DNA of 64,000 bases from contig OX597822.1 in NCBI GenBank assembly GCA_951406725.2, positions 70,308,001-70,372,000 on the forward strand, in the 5' to 3' direction. Positions 1 to 15,215 of the stretch are shown piece by piece. The notes beneath the pieces were generated by a model. It was not told where the DNA came from, searched no databases, and saw only the letters and a program-made list of their open reading frames with translations. The translations under genes were made by a program, and so were the position numbers. Numbering within the stretch: the first letter of the stretch is position 1; every line of letters starts with the position of its first letter. The stretch is from Octopus vulgaris. Taxonomy: Eukaryota.

Positions 1-351
1 AACAGACCACTTAAAGAGAAGACAGAACCTATAATGTCATGGGATCATGGCTTATTATCTTACAAGAAATATTGTTTTGACAAATGTATCTTCATATTCA
101 AGAATGACTATGTTTAACTGGAAATAGTATCCTAGAAGCATTCTCTGGATAAGAACTGGCTGTTCTTAGCTTATCATAGAGTTCTGAGAAACCCCTAAAC
201 ATTGCTTTAACAGGATGAAAAATCACCTTGAAGATAATCTGTTAAACTTCTGATAACATGAGTTCAAAGTTTGCTACAGCCTCTTGAGAAGTCAAACAAA
301 ATTAGGATAAGTATTTCTTTATAATAATTATATGCAGTAGCAGGTTTACAT

Positions 352-518
352 TGATTTCTAAGATGGGCACAATTACCCACAAATTTGGTGGTGGTGAGGG
401 ACTAGGCGGAAGATAGGGTTGACTGTGGCAGGATTTGAACTCAGGACATAAAGAGCTGTAACTAAACTGTTCAAGGCATTTGCCCAATGCTCTGTCAGTT
501 CTGCTAATCAACAACCTT
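352..518 (-). mobile_element. Degenerate SINE family A copy (tRNA-derived head)
   Basis: Reverse complement has gagttcaaatcctgcc (B-box-like) and the aaggttg...gcagaa head seen in better copies such as 56971-57202. Confidence 0.6.
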
Positions 519-762
519 CGTGTGGTACATAACCAGGTAACATAGTTTACAGTAATACAGTAGGAGAACATATTGGTAAATATTTACAATTGCACAACAC
601 CTCACGTGATAACTGTTCATTCAAGATGTGTACAGCTCAAGGGTGAAGCTTGTCCTTAAATCAACTGCTCCTTGTTTTTAACCTGAAACCTTGATCCTGA
701 ACGAGTAATTCTGAATAGTTTTACAACAGAATGGCTTGTTTCACTACTAGTTATGCATGGAG

Positions 763-765
<3 letters not shown>

Positions 766-808
<43 letters not shown>

Positions 809-815
809 TGTGTGT
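766..815. repeat. (GA)n/(GT)n microsatellite
   Basis: Direct inspection. Confidence 0.95.
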
Positions 816-2168
816 GATAAAAATCCTGTAGGGCTGATTGGATCAGCAATGATGGTAATGCTTTGAGTGATGAGAACAACGTTTTCAAGTGATTTACTTT
901 GTCTAACCCATTTGGAAGTAGTCAACATTTGTATGTTTGACTGGTTTTTAGAAAGGAAGGTCATCTGATCATTAGACAAAGAAGAAAAAAAATCGTTCCA
1001 ACTATTCATATGCAAATATTTACATTTTTAGGACTATCTGCTTTGAGTGTTGAAGATGAGGAGGGGAAAAAACAAAATCTTACTGGTTCTAAGCGAAAAA
1101 GAAAAAAAAGTGCTTCAAGAATTCGTTTTGTGTATTCTAATGTTAAATGATTGGTTTTGGATTCTGTCAAAGACTGCGTGATTGGAATGGAAAGCAAGCA
1201 ATGCCGAGTCTCAATGTTGAGCGGAAGCTGACGAACATTTTGTGGATGAAGAACAACTTCACCCGATAATGTCGCCTGTGTTACATACACATGCACATAC
1301 ACAGAAAGAGATTTTTGGAATATTGAAAACTAACAAAATCTTGAAATGTCCTGATAGTCTGTAGGATTATGATATACAGAGAGGTTTTGTAGCCCTGGTG
1401 AAAAGACAACTAAAAGATACAATTGTATTACAAAGAAATTAATTTACCATGGAGATTCAGATAATTTCTATTGTGCAACGTTCATTTTATCTTTCCTGTA
1501 GTGTATAAAACAGATAAGTAATTCGTCATGAAATGACCAATTTCTCTTTGATGAGATGCTAATCTGAAAGACTCTTTTATTATTGTTAGTTTCTAGTTTC
1601 TTTTATGTAAAGATGTGAAATTCTCTTTGTCTTAGTGCATCTTAGCTTTTATTAAAAGTAGAACAGGAGTCCTAAATATGAAAGACATAGTTTGTTGCAG
1701 AATCTGGTTTATCCTGCTACTCTTTTCCTTCAATGCAATTCTTTCCAAGCCTACTAGATAGACTCTTTTCGATGCTTTCCTTTCTTTTAAAAAATTTTTT
1801 TTTTTGATGTTTCTTTTTTCCCCCCCTTTATTTCGGTGCAAGCATATAAATTTGTGGAATTTGGCATAAGAAATATATTTGCTTTAATTTAGTTTATATT
1901 TGATTTGTAAGTATTTATATCTCCTATCACAAATTTGTCAACTTAAAATAGCTTCAAACACATGACAAGACAAATGCCGTATTGCAGTTGACTTGTCAAA
2001 TAAAATTTTATTGCTTTCTCTTGGAACTCTACTGAATTCCATCTCGCAAACTATCTATTATGTCTTTTTTTTTGTGTGCGTGCGTGTGTATGTGTGTGTG
2101 TGTGTGTGTGTGTCTGTGTGTGTTTGAGTATGCATGTGTGTATGTGATTGTGCATTTGTGTCTGCACA

Positions 2169-2210
<42 letters not shown>

Positions 2211-2641
2211 GATATGTTCATTTTGTTTCCCTCTACATGTGCATCTGAGTGTAAGGGTAGTTAAGTTTGTGTCAAGGATTTGCGTTCCACCCACTCCACC
2301 CCACCCCGCCCCCACCCTCCCCTTTCCCCTTCCCCCCCACGCTCCATACCTTTTCTAAAGCTAAGTATCATTTTAGCTTACAAAAGATATTGGCTTTTTT
2401 ATTTTTTTTCCCTCCTCCCCTTGCTGCAGTGATGCACAAAAATGTTTGAAGAATTATTCCTGCATAGCATTTTGACCTGGAGAAGTTTGATGTACATCTT
2501 CTCCTTTGTTCAGCTGTCAAGACTACTTTGCTTCATACCTCTATTTTATGGTTTAAAATTTTTTGATGTTCGCTCGTTTTTGTTGTTGTTTAACTTTTAT
2601 GACTTATTTATATACTATGGCAAGACTGATAATGTAATTAA

Positions 2642-2691
<50 letters not shown>

Positions 2692-5644
2692 ATATTGGTC
2701 AGTACATTGAGGCATTCTCTCACCAAATCAGGTTTCTCTATATTTTAATGCAGTCTTCTTTCTGCAAATCAAATGCTAAGAAGTGTTTATGCAATATTGT
2801 TTAATATTGAAGTTAACCTGAATCTATCATAGAGCCTCCACCGTATCATGGTTGTTCTTGATATCTCTATTATTATCCCTACTATAATTCCAACTCTATT
2901 GTTCCTGTTCTGAAACTTCTTTAAATAACCTATGATTTTGTTCAACACAAATAACATCTCAAATAGATTTAGCTATATAGTGAAAGATTTTAATAAAGAC
3001 GTTCTTAATTTCTAATTTAACTGCTTTATTAACGAAGAAGAAAAGTGCTTTCAATTTCATTATTTTTTCCCCCCTTGAGATAGGCTTCTAAGTGATATAT
3101 TTTTAATGTGTAATTTCTTTTTCAGCTTGTAAACTATAATCTGTATACTTAAGTGTCTTTACTCTTAATAAACAAGAATACTTGTTCAGGAAGATGTTGT
3201 CATCCCAATGAAAATCTTCACATTTTTAACCTTTTTATTATTTTGTAACTATCTCTGACAAGTGATTTTTATCTTCACTCCATAATTTTCATCTATTTTA
3301 TCTGGTTTAATCCCAGATCTCTGTTTTATAAATATTTGATATTTCCAAATGATGTTCAATTTAAGTTGACTGATGCCTTAATAATCTGCTTGATATCAAG
3401 GCTGTTTAAAAAAAAAAAAAAAAAAACCTCGTTAATGAATACTTTGAGCAAGACTTATTTTTTTCTTCCTATTTTGAAAATAAACAAATAAATGTTATTG
3501 AATCCCATAGAGACTCTTGCTGACATGAAAAAAAGGAAAAAGAAAGACATGAACACTCATCATGTAACTGATATGAATATGGGGTGGGGGGAATAGTTAT
3601 CTAAAAGAAGATGTTAAGAATGGTAATTGTGGTTGTCGAGTGGGGAAGATTTTGAAAATTTTGTGATTTTTAAAGAAAATGAATTAACAGTATTTTATAA
3701 ATATATTTCATACTCTTTCGAAAACTGATTTTAAAACTGATTTTCAGGTACAAAAGTTATCTTTCTGATTCTCGTCATTATCCTTATCCAAACAGGTTTG
3801 TAGAGTCCTTGACTATTTTGTGTGGTCAATACACCACAGCTGCTTGCATGTCCTCCAGCTATTTTGTTCATGATTTGGACCCCCAATTTGTATTGCTAAC
3901 CAAACCTTATTGATAAAGTAAAAGAACTTCACCCTCGCCCGTTTCATTTCTCCCTCCTTGATGCACTCATGTATATTAATAGTTCTCAGTCTCTCCTTTT
4001 TGCCTATCACCCAAGAAAGCAAACTAATATTTTAATGAATTTCTGTATTTTTATGCAAATTCTACTGCAATGTTTTATTGAATGAGCCATGCAAATTATG
4101 GCATGAAAAATCCTGACCTAACTAACTCAAAATATACTTTAATTTCTAGGTATTTCTCATGGGATACCTCTTAATATCTATTGATTACTTCTTTGTATTG
4201 TTTTTAGCTCTTAAATGTATTTTTTTAGGTATACATTCAAAGACTAATGTTTATTTGTATGTATTTATTTATGGACAGGAAATAATGTTTCTAAGAAAAC
4301 ATCTAACATATACTTTAATACAGCCTCTTGTAAATTTGTTAGGAGACATCCTTCATAAAAATAAAATTCTTATAAAACTGTTTATATACAAAAGACAGTT
4401 GATTTATATGGGATAATGTAAAAAACAAAAGAAAAAGAGTTAAGGGAAATAACCCAAGTGGGTCAATGAATTGGTTTCAGATTAACAAGTTAAGGGATGA
4501 TGTACTAAATGATATGCAAAAAGAAAAATAATAATTGCTTATTGAAATCTTAGTTGAAAGAAAACAAAAACCTAGTTGTAATTGTTAGCAACTATCAGAG
4601 AGAAGGGGAGATAATAGTTCAAGATTCATTTTGCATGTTTTAGGAAAAAAAAAATCTGTGCTGTCATCTGGCTTGCAAGATTTCCCCCAAGATGTAAATG
4701 AATTTAGTGAAATATTTAAAAAAAAAAAAAAATTATCTCCCCTTTTCTTAGGTTTGCTACAGATTACTGCTTTCCATTTTTTTTGGGTGGGGGTTACTTT
4801 CAATTAAGAGGGAAATTTCAATTAATTGAAAACATTTTTTGCTTATATCAATATCTACATCATCCCTTTAACTGTCTTATATGCTATGCACTTCTAAAGT
4901 AACATTTTGTCATTTCTTTTTTTTAACTTCATCTCTAACAATTTGATTCTCTAAAATTTCATTGTTTGTATAATTCAGTACAACTAAATCTCCCAGGATT
5001 ACACAGCTTCATAGAAAATATAATGCTATTATCTTTGAAAGTAGTTTGGTTTCAAATTTCTTACTGTTTTTATCCATTTCTTTTTCTGTGTTTATTTATA
5101 TTTTTTTGGTTGTGGTTGCTGAAAATCTTCATGATTGCTGTAAACACTATTTACATGCAGTCTAGTCTTCCATTTTCTTTTGTTCTTAAAGTTCTTGGAA
5201 GTGAGTAAAATCTAATGATATTCAATGGTGTAGCAGCTAAGTTTACTTTTTTTTTGTTTTTCTTTGGTATTTTCCTTCCTCTCTTTTGTTATTCCTTGAT
5301 TTAAAGTTATTATTTAAAACTCTTTCTTATAAACATATTTCTGCCTTCTGATGGTTGTTATCAACACCTGTTCAATCACCACTTAACTTCAATAATGAGT
5401 AGCTATTCATCATTAATATATAGGAAACTCTGTATACACTTTTAATGAACTGTGTATGTGTATGAAATTCCTGCCACTAACATTTAACGTATAAATATTC
5501 TTCCATCACAATATCATGTGATGAAAGTTTTTACTTTTCTATGAAAATTTGTGGCTTTAAGTTTGTTTACTTGTTGGGGATCCCTTGAAGTTTTGTTAGT
5601 TTTTTTAGGGATCTTGCAAAGTAGATTAAACATATGTACAATAC

Positions 5645-5970
5645 CTTTATTTACTTAAGCCCTCCTCCCCTATGGTTCTTAGGCCAGTGATAACTTTTCT
5701 CCACAGTTTTCAACTCTGGGCCGTTCTCCTTCCAGGTATTGTTGGTTTGGAATTGTCATCGATGCTTCTATAACATCTGCTTATTTCTAAGTAGGGGTGT
5801 TGGTCCTATGCAAACCCATTTTTATTGCTGGGAAAAGGTGCTCCATATTAAGTGTGGCCTTTATCCTTTGACCTGTTCAGCATGAGAGACCTTACTAGGA
5901 GCTTGTGCCCTTCTGGCAAAGCTCTTTCTGGGTCATTGAGACACAGGCCACCATGCCACAATCAGGAACA
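5645..5970 (-). mobile_element. Probable non-autonomous retroelement with an RTE-like 3' tail
   Basis: Minus strand ends tggagaaaagttatcactggcctaagaaccataggggaggagggcttaagtaaataaa, resembling RTE 3' ends. GC is higher than the flanks. Recognition only. Confidence 0.35.
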
Positions 5971-6409
5971 GACCTCAGAGTGGCTACAGTGCCAGTATCA
6001 CTGTCATATGTCTTGTTGGAGACTTTTGAACAGCTGGGTGGGAGAGTTGGAGGGCCTCTTGAGTACCAAGCTATTTCTATAGCAAGTCCTCATCTGGAAA
6101 TGTGATAATGGCACACAGAACTATGCAATGAGAGTTTATGTGGCTTTCAGTGCCAAACTTTGGTTAAATCCTGAATATTCTTGAAGATTTTCTTTACTCT
6201 ATTAGAATAGAGTTATAAGAGTTCACTGGTAGATTTTCTCTGAAGTTAATTTCCTAGTAGTTGAAATGAGTTTGGCACTAGGAGAGCAGATTGGGATCAA
6301 CTGATCTTTTCATTGTGAACATAATTTTCTGTTCCCCTTGTTTTCCAGTGTCCATAGGGTACTGCCTGTCAGTTGTCTGCAGTTCACTGCAAATTTAATG
6401 TTGTCTGTA

Positions 6410-6610
6410 GAGCATGAAAAATACATCATAACACATGATAATAGCCAGATCTTGTACATATTCTGTTTGTCCTGCATCTTGGCTGCCTGTACGTGGAAGC
6501 ATTTGTGAAATGATTTCAAACTTTTGGAATCTGCATGTTTTTTTGTTTCATCAGTTATCTGTTTGAAACATCAGGGTCTTATTGCAAGGTTTTTTTTTCC
6601 ATGTCATCAG
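6410..6610 (+). pseudogene. Heavily decayed RTE-like LINE reverse-transcriptase C-terminal fragment
   Basis: Translates with stops and frameshifts to TWKHL*NDFKLLES...FHQLSV*NI, matching the RTE motif ETW...D.K.LE.FH..CLR.I. Confidence 0.4.
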
Positions 6611-6674
6611 AACATTGGCTTGTTTTTTTTTCTTTTTTGCCCCTCAAGATTTTGATATCATGAGTATAGCTTTA

Positions 6675-6893
6675 AGGCAGTGAACTGGCGGAATTGTTAG
6701 CATGCTGGGTAAAATGCTCAGTGGCATTTTGTCTGTCTTTAGGGTTAGGGTTCTGAGTTCAAATTCTGCTGAGGTTCACTTAACCTTTAATCCTTTCAGG
6801 GGTTGATAAAATAAGTACCGGTTGAGCACTGGGGTTGATGTAATCAACCTAACCCCTTCATCTGTAATTCCTGACTGTGTGCCAGAATTCAAA
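6675..6893 (+). mobile_element. SINE family A
   Basis: Head ggcagtgaactggcggaa, B box gagttcaaattc, core ccttt..ggggttgataaaataagtacc. Confidence 0.85.
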
Positions 6894-8997
6894 GCTGATA
6901 TCATCTGCATAGCTAGGTGGAAGTAGTTGATTTGATACCCAAGGCTATATCTGACAGCTTTTACAAATAAGGAAAATAGGAAGGCATCTTCTTGAGGCTC
7001 TACACTTTGTATAGTAGACTTTTCAGAAAGGCTACCACTAGCTACAATAGTATGTGTGTACATTTGTGTATGTGCTCATATATACGTATACACATACACA
7101 CACACACACTTAGGTGTTATGTGTGGACAAATTGACAGGGCATTGTGCAACTGGTACTATGCTGTACTTGTGACTCTGCAATAGCTTCATTCATTTGGTT
7201 GTTTATCATAAGCACCATTGTATGATCCAGCTTACTGTTCAAAGGGTCAAGTGTACTGTACATTTCAGGAGGATTTCATTAATTTTCAACACTGGGTTCA
7301 ATAGCTCTCATGTCTGTGTGAATATAATAAACTTTCGTGCTCTAGATACACTCTAAGGAGACAAAAATCTTTATTCATTGCCTTAATAACTTAAATGAAT
7401 TACAGGCTACATATACACCTATATCTGCTGACTTACATATGTGTGTCTTTTCGTCATTTACATGTATTCACTTGCATGTATGTACTTTATATATATATAT
7501 ATAGAGAGAGAGAGACACACACACATATACATGTATATGGCTGTAAATACATATTTTGTTATAAAACCTAAATGCATTCATATGTACACTCTCATATATT
7601 TACAATGAAGTGATACATGGTATGAGCATGTATACATGCATGCATACACACAAACATACATACGTATGTACATATGTATATATATATATGTTTGTTGAAT
7701 ATGCCCATGCTGTTTGTGGTAGGCACTGGTTTTCTTTAGGCTGTACTACTTTACCTTGCATACAGATTAAGCAAGTGCCTGTGCCGATTCAGTCACACTC
7801 TCCTCCCTCTTCCCTTCTTCTACTCTCTTTCTCACACATACACACACACACCTGCATGCACACAGAATTATAAGGTGCTAAAATGAAGATGAAATATTTC
7901 TAATAAACAAAACAGATAAAACTACCATTAGAAAAATTCGTCTATTTAAGGAAATATTAAATTATTTCTAGTGAATTCTGTGAAAGTTTTATTTCTAGCT
8001 AGAACTGCACAGTATAGAATATTGGATATTTATAATCTTCAAATTGGACAAGTTATTCATTTATAATCCCAATTTTGTCCTGTAATATATATAAAAGTGT
8101 TGTTGCTTAGCTTCTGTAAGTTGTTGATATATAAGTAAATTTGCTCATTCTATACATTATAGATGAGAGTTAACTGTTTGATTAAAAATCAATGTTCTTT
8201 TTTTTTTCTCTCTCTCGAACACATTGAACTTTTTTTGTGAGCAATTTTCCTTTCACTGATTTTGAAAATGATGGCAGGTGGAGGAATGAGATAGGAGAAT
8301 TGAAATGAAATAAAGAAGCAGGCACTGTAAGGAGAAGTGGTGATAGGAAGAAAAAAAAAGCCCACATTAAAAAGGATTCATTGTAACAATCCTAGTTTTA
8401 TAAGATTTTTGTTGAATATTTTAAAATTGCTTCATACGGCATGTATGATAGTTGATAGTTGTCAGGTTTGATTATATAAGCATGCGGCTCATATGAAGCT
8501 GTCTGAATAGATATACATACATGCATATATATATATGCACATGTACAGCCACACATGCAGATATAGATATAATTGTTGCTATAACATAGTAAAGCAAGGA
8601 AATAAATTTTAGCATAAGAATGCATGATGGTTGTAAATGGCAAGATTAATAGGAAGTCCTTTCTGTCAACACCTATAGTGTAGATATGCTACCTGTCACA
8701 AGATGTGTGAAAAATCTATACATATGGGGATCTATACATAATGTCCAACTAGATCAGTATCAGCAGTTACAATTGTCCAGATAGATATATGATGTTGGAT
8801 ATTGATATTTGATTATAGCAACAGCCATTCACTCTCTGCATGTTGGAAATGGAAGGTACAGTTGTATTGATTTTTAATTTGCGGCATCCTAATTATCGAA
8901 AGATTTTTAAAGTGTATGTGTGTATGTATGCATGTGTATATATATGTATATACACACACACACACATATATATATATATATGTCTGTGCACGCGCAT

Positions 8998-9031
<34 letters not shown>

Positions 9032-9640
9032 CTGAAAGATAGAGATAGTTGTATTGGTTCTGGCTCAAGAGACATATAAGGAAGTGGTTTGCTATGGGAA
9101 TTACATTGAGCACATAGATATAGAGATTAGTTAGAAGCGAATTTAATTGCCGAAACAACAATTTAACTATATTTTGAATCTTTACGATTACTTTATCTGA
9201 AGTTGCAAGATAGGAAGTAATTGCATCACTTTCAACTCGAGTGGAAATCAGGAGATGGGTGGTGGGTCGTGGCGGTGGTTGAGGGGAGTCTGTTTAATGG
9301 AGTGTTTATTCTGTTAATGTAATGTTTCATGACAGGGGCTGAAGTAGCTACAGGTGGAGATGGAAACTTGTACTTAGCTAAGATTGCCCCATTTAATAAT
9401 CTCTCGCGGCTTTATTAATTTTACTTTTTATCCAATACTTCGTGTTTTATTAGTGTGGGAGTATGTGCATTTACGTTGGTTCAAATATTTTTATATTTCC
9501 TACTGTAGAAAAAACCCAGTCTGATAGATACTAAACACTAACACTTCTCTATCAATCTATCTATATCTATCATACTTTAGCTCATGTGTATACAATACAT
9601 TAGCATATTTGCAATTTATGGTACTTTCAACATTTCAGCA

Positions 9641-9643
<3 letters not shown>

Positions 9644-9725
<82 letters not shown>
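9644..9725. repeat. (TA)n/(TG)n microsatellite
   Basis: Direct inspection. Confidence 0.95.
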
Positions 9726-12700
9726 ATTTGACTTAATTAATTATTCTAATGAGGAGTTGGATTCGACTGCTAAGGACAACATGTGATTGAATCTGAGATG
9801 AATGATTAACAGTAATTAATCTTTAGGGACTCGAAGTGAATGATTAAGAGGATTGATTCGAGGTGGTAAGGGGGAGGTAACTGTGTTGCTGATTGGAAAG
9901 CTGCTGAAGGAAAGTAATTTCCGAACTGCAGCTGGTTGTTAGCAAAACAATTTGATCACCAACTTTAAAACAGGTTATGATTGTTGCAAAACTAGTTTAA
10001 TAATTTAAAGCTGACACACACACACTATTTAAAACTATTTGCTTCAGTTTTAAATTGAAAATAATGTTATCAGATTTTAGAAAGCTGATGTTAATATCTA
10101 ATTCTCTATCTTTTATTATTACTTCGAAAATCAGATAACTTTGTCTTTGCATATTATTTGCAAAGATCTAATCATATTCTCCAAATATCCTACGAATCTT
10201 ACTCTGGTTATTTTTAAAACGGTTGGAATGGTTTTGTAATATCTAGCTTGCTACAGAAAATGTTATTTAAGAAAAGCAATCCAAAGTTTGCTTATGGAAA
10301 GATGACTGTTTTCCATCATCTTACCAACAGCTCTTTGTAAGCAGCTGATCTGATTTGAGAAAGTGTGGCAGCATTTCTATTGATGTGATTGTGCGTGATG
10401 TTTATTGTAATTAACGTAGAAATGCATTGCAATATATTGTAACAATATTATGAAACATCTAAATTTATATTAATAATTTCATATATGCTGTCAAAGAAAC
10501 ATCATTTTTCCCATTGTAAGAGCTTCCTATTTTATGGTCTTTATTGTGCGGAATTTTTGCTATATGTTCTTATATATTCCTTTCTGTTTATAATCATTGT
10601 AGGGAAACAGTTAACCTATATGCAAAAATTTTAGGACCTGTTTACTTTCAAAGGATCTTTTTCCAATTTGAACTTTATGATTTTCTGTATTTATTTATTT
10701 ATTTATTTTAGTATTTATTTATTTCTATATAGTGGATGTATTTGGCTTATGATATTTAAAAAAATGTTTCGAAATAGTAGTTTGTTTGCTTTTAATGACT
10801 GTTGCGAAAATCCGACTGTGACGACTAACATTTCATTACCAGCTTTAATGCTACCTATCTGCGATAATTTGAAATGAATAGTCTGTGAAGAGAATAAAGA
10901 ATAAACTATCACATATTGGCAAAAATGTATTGATGTATCAAGCAATTACAAAAAGAGAGTGGTTTATATGCACTTGCACAGCAGGCTGTGCAACCAAGCC
11001 ACCTGAAAATGTTGGTGCCAATGACAATGGATTTCATGGAGGAGTAGAAGGAGACAGTCAATAATTTCTGTTTCCTTGGTGACTTAAACATTATTGTGGG
11101 TAGAGTTAGTAATAACAGTAATCGACTATATCTCTTGTAATGACAGTCGTGATCTTTCTCCGTGTTGAAAGGCAATTTCAGTTATTTGGTTGGAACTGGA
11201 GCAGTGACAGTACAGAGTTCATCATAACAGAGAAGTAATATTAGGGAATATTATAGAAATCACTACAGTTTTATTGGATGTTATAAAGTGAAGGTGAAAA
11301 AATGCTGGTGAAGAGCCAGATTGAATTAATAATAAAAAGCTGGGTCGTTAGAAGAAGGAGTTGATTAGAGATTGGATGAGTCTAGTGAGAGGGAAATATT
11401 TTGTGTATGTGTGTGCATGCATGTATACACATGCTGTTGTTGTTTAGCCCTAGGATGGATATGAATGAGTACACTTGCATACAATGAATGGTGTTCAAGC
11501 ATCTTGTCTATTTTCAAGGCATAATGTATCTAGGACTACGTTACATTTTTAGTGTATACTTTAAAATTAAAAAAAAAAAAAAAAACGATATAGGAGTGTG
11601 ATTGGAGAAAGGTGTTTGTCCTTTAAATTCTGCTAGTCCACCTGCCTCATCGAGTCATGATGTTATGGTAGTGCTGATGTTTCAGGCTAAATAGTGTTGA
11701 ATTGGTTTGGGGAGCGGGGGACTCCAAAACAAAACAAAAATGGAAACATCAGTTTTAACTAAGGCAGATCTCTACAGAGAATACACTGTATAGCATGGAG
11801 GTGGGGAGTCGAGATTGGGGTAGAAAAGAGCTAAAGCTAAGGCCGGCTACAACATGTCCTGAATACATTCAGTCAGAAAGGATACCAGACATTATAATTG
11901 ACGTATAACAAGAAAAAGGAACCATCTTCGTTCCATTCAACAGGTGTTGTCTATATATTGTCAGCACTCACCCTATGTTTTTCAACACTTTAAACCTTCC
12001 ATATTCACATTACACAGTATCAACTAGCTAGCTACAGTAATAATGAACCCATTTTTCTCCCTCATCATCAGCTGACACCTTAAAATCAATTTCCATTAAC
12101 TTATTACTCGTTTTGTTGGTTTTCTTTTTTTCCACATGACTACATCCGAATGTTCTCGCAATAAGTAGTTTTTGTTTTCATTTTTCTGTCAATTCCTATC
12201 CTAGTTTCATTTATTCATTTATATTCATTTATTTTTTATTTTTTTCTGCTCTTGATTTTCCTTCTTCTTCTTCTCCTTCTTCTTCCTTCTCATCTTCCTC
12301 ATCATGTCAATGTAAACCTCTACATCTCACTAATGCTAAATTAGTTTTTTTTCTTTTTTACCCCTTGTTGTTGTCGTTTACTTGGTTTTGTTTTGTTTGT
12401 TTCTATATTAGCAATAATATCATAATTTCTGTCATCTGTCATGGTTTTAATTCCTTTTAAGTAGAAATATTCAGGGGAAATAAATAAATAAATAAATAAA
12501 TAAAACAAGTTAAAATAAGATAAATGTTGTTTTTCAATTGTCTGCAGTTTCTCTTTCTTTATCAACAGCAATCTAGTATTTCTAAAAATCTCTGCCAAAT
12601 GTCTTATACAGATACATTAGCGCTCATGTCAATTGATAAACATAAGCTAAAAATGTGCATAAAACTAAAGCTGAATGCTAAGTTATACTTACACTTTGGC

Positions 12701-12759
12701 AGCACAGTATTGTTGTGCTTTTTCTTTCTACTTCAATAATAATTCGTTAATGTCATTGT

Positions 12760-12960
12760 TATTATTACTATCATTGTTGCCATTATTGTTATTATTGTCA
12801 TTCTTCTTCTTCTTCTTCCACTTCTTCGTCTTCGTCTTCGTCTTCTTCTTCTTCTTCGTCTTCGTCTTCTTCTTCTTTTTCTTCTTCTTCTTCTTCTTCT
12901 TCTTCTTCTTCTTCTTCTTCGTCTTCTTCTTCTTCTTCTTCTTCTTCTTCTTCTTCTTCT

Positions 12961-12995
<35 letters not shown>

Positions 12996-13048
12996 TTCTT
13001 CTACCATTTCTATCATCATCATCATACCACCACCACCACCACCACCAC
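12760..13048. repeat. Compound trinucleotide microsatellite (TTA)n-(CTT)n-(CAT)n-(CAC)n
   Basis: About 200 bp of (CTT)n; source of the spurious poly-F and poly-E ORFs. Confidence 0.95.
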
Positions 13049-13642
13049 TAATTCTTAAAGCTCTTTGTATTGGCAAAGCATCAATATCATAATGATGTTG
13101 GAATGATATAATAACATGGCTCTGAGTCTGTACATTCATTGTTCTAAATGGTTTTAGGATATAATTATTGGAACATGCACAGATAGTGTGTCAGTCTAGC
13201 CCTTGTACAAGCATATCATCTTAAGTCTATGAGTTTTTAATTTCGGTTCTTTAGTCATGAACAAATTGCATGTCAATTCCTTACTATCTCCCTACCCACC
13301 CTAAGATTGACCTTAAACCTAATTAACAGTTCTTGTTTCTTGCAATTGCATTCAATAATTATGTACTAAAATTAATTTCTTCTACAGTGCATGTTACTTT
13401 TGAAATGTACCAAAAGCAGTTCTGTTCTCATTCAAAGAATGAGGAGTTTTCTTGATTTTTTTTTTCTTCAACTCTGTTGGAGCCACTCATGAAATTTACT
13501 TGTTTATTTATTTTATGAACTTGTTGCTGTTAAAAAAAAAAAAAAATTATATTAGTGAAAAGTCGAGGTATTGATAAGAACAGAAATTAACTTGAATATG
13601 TGGCTATGTGGTAAGTAGCTTGCTTACCAACCACAGAGAACC

Positions 13643-13870
13643 ATCATCATCAGCATCTAACATTGAATTGTTTGGCCACCTGAGAGTTGCACAAGGCTGA
13701 AGTTGGCATGGTTTCTAGGCCAGATGTCCTTTCTAACGCCAACCACTTTACAGAATGTACTAAGTGCTTTTTACATGGTACCAACATAGGTGCTTTGTTC
13801 TTGGCATTGGTATGGCTGCTTTTATGTGGTACCGGCACAAGGCACTTTCTATGTGACATTGGCATGTGTG
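13643..13870 (-). mobile_element. Degenerate SINE family C copy ((GAT)n tail)
   Basis: (CAT)n, then ggtttcta..ccagatgtcctttctaacgccaaccact and repeated gtgctttttacatgg units, as in 54955-55420. Confidence 0.7.
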
Positions 13871-13929
13871 CTTTTTACATGGTACATCATGGATGATGAT
13901 GATAGTGGACAGGTGTAGTCACTGATTGT

Positions 13930-14899
13930 GTGACATACTTTTCACAGCTCATCTCTTTGAGTGAGTTGGAAATCCTGGGTCATGTGCAGTCTAAAGTTGG
14001 GCATTTGGTATCTGGATTGTCATTGCCAGGCATTCATTACAGTCTACCTGCTGGACTGCATGGTAATAGAAAACTCAACCGTTGCATCTATAGAAGGTGA
14101 ATGGTACTTGAAGAAGTTAGTGAAAGCTTGACCTGAGAAAAAAAGCTCAGTCCACAAATCTTTCAACCACATCCATTGTATATACAGTTTGAGAAGTTTC
14201 TTCTGGAGGACTTCATGCTCAAGCATTGTGAACAATTTTCAAAAGCCCTTGACCTGGTATTGCTGTGCAGGGAGCTCTGCCTATTCAGAATAAACTCTAC
14301 GAGCCCTGGCTGTTTTAGAGCCACCAGTGATTGAACCTCTCCACGATGTGTGCAGAATGACAGAACTGGCTAGTATGCACTCAATCAGTGTCCTTGATCT
14401 ACTGATTCCTGGGTTTATACGAAGCTGCTGTTATCACATGAAGAATTGATTTAGCAATTAGTCAAGTCTATCATGAAGATCAAGTTACCATTCTTCCTTT
14501 TGAGAAGTAAAGACAGTTAGTCTTCTGTCTGCTGGTCAAGCAAGTTCTACGGTGGGTACGGTTGAACGATTTGTGGACAGAGTATTTGCCTCTCAGGCTA
14601 AACTCTTATCACTATCTTCAAATACCACTTGAGTGGTAAGTTTGAGAGAGATAGGTACTGCTGCTCTATCATAATTATGAAAGAAGTGTGAATGGTAAAA
14701 TTGGTGTGGCCGATTGGTACATGAGAACTATACACCGGTAGGTTGGTAAGAAGGCACTTGTCTTTAGTGTGCTAGGGTAATCTGGGATAGTGTGTTGGTA
14801 CCCCTGGAGTATCCTAAGTGATTGACCCACTATATTTTAGTGATTGTTTGTTGTTTTTATTTTGTCATTCCATGCTGTAACTGCTATTTTGTATTATTG

Positions 14900-14900
<1 letters not shown>
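13930..14900 (+). pseudogene. Decayed L1/Tx1-clade LINE ORF2 C-terminal region and 3' UTR
   Basis: From 14231: NNFQKPLTWYCC/(frameshift)QGALPIQNKLY. At 14341-14394: PRCVQNDRTG*YALNQCP, a decayed C-x2-C...ET..H....CP zinc knuckle typical of L1/Tx1. Boundaries approximate. Confidence 0.55.
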
Positions 14901-14950
<50 letters not shown>

Positions 14951-15141
14951 CCTTTATTGTCAATCTCACCCTGTTACCTGTTATAAAACTCCCAATGTTT
15001 TCTGTTTCTCTTTGTATTTCATCTTTGTATTGTTTTTGGGTCCTTGTGGCCCATGAAAGAAATCATCTTTACCATTGTTATATAAGGATGGTTGATAAGT
15101 GGAATCAGTTGTAGTGTGGGACCAAATGCATTACACCATTT

Positions 15142-15195
<54 letters not shown>

Positions 15196-15215
15196 GTAAC
15201 ACACACATACACACA

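Noticed and set aside
1009-1150. Short basic ORF containing KRKRKK after a tttttag acceptor
   Set aside because: The lysine run comes from A-tracts; no donor site or other support.
12675-13139. Poly-F and poly-E ORFs
   Set aside because: Translations of (CTT)n.
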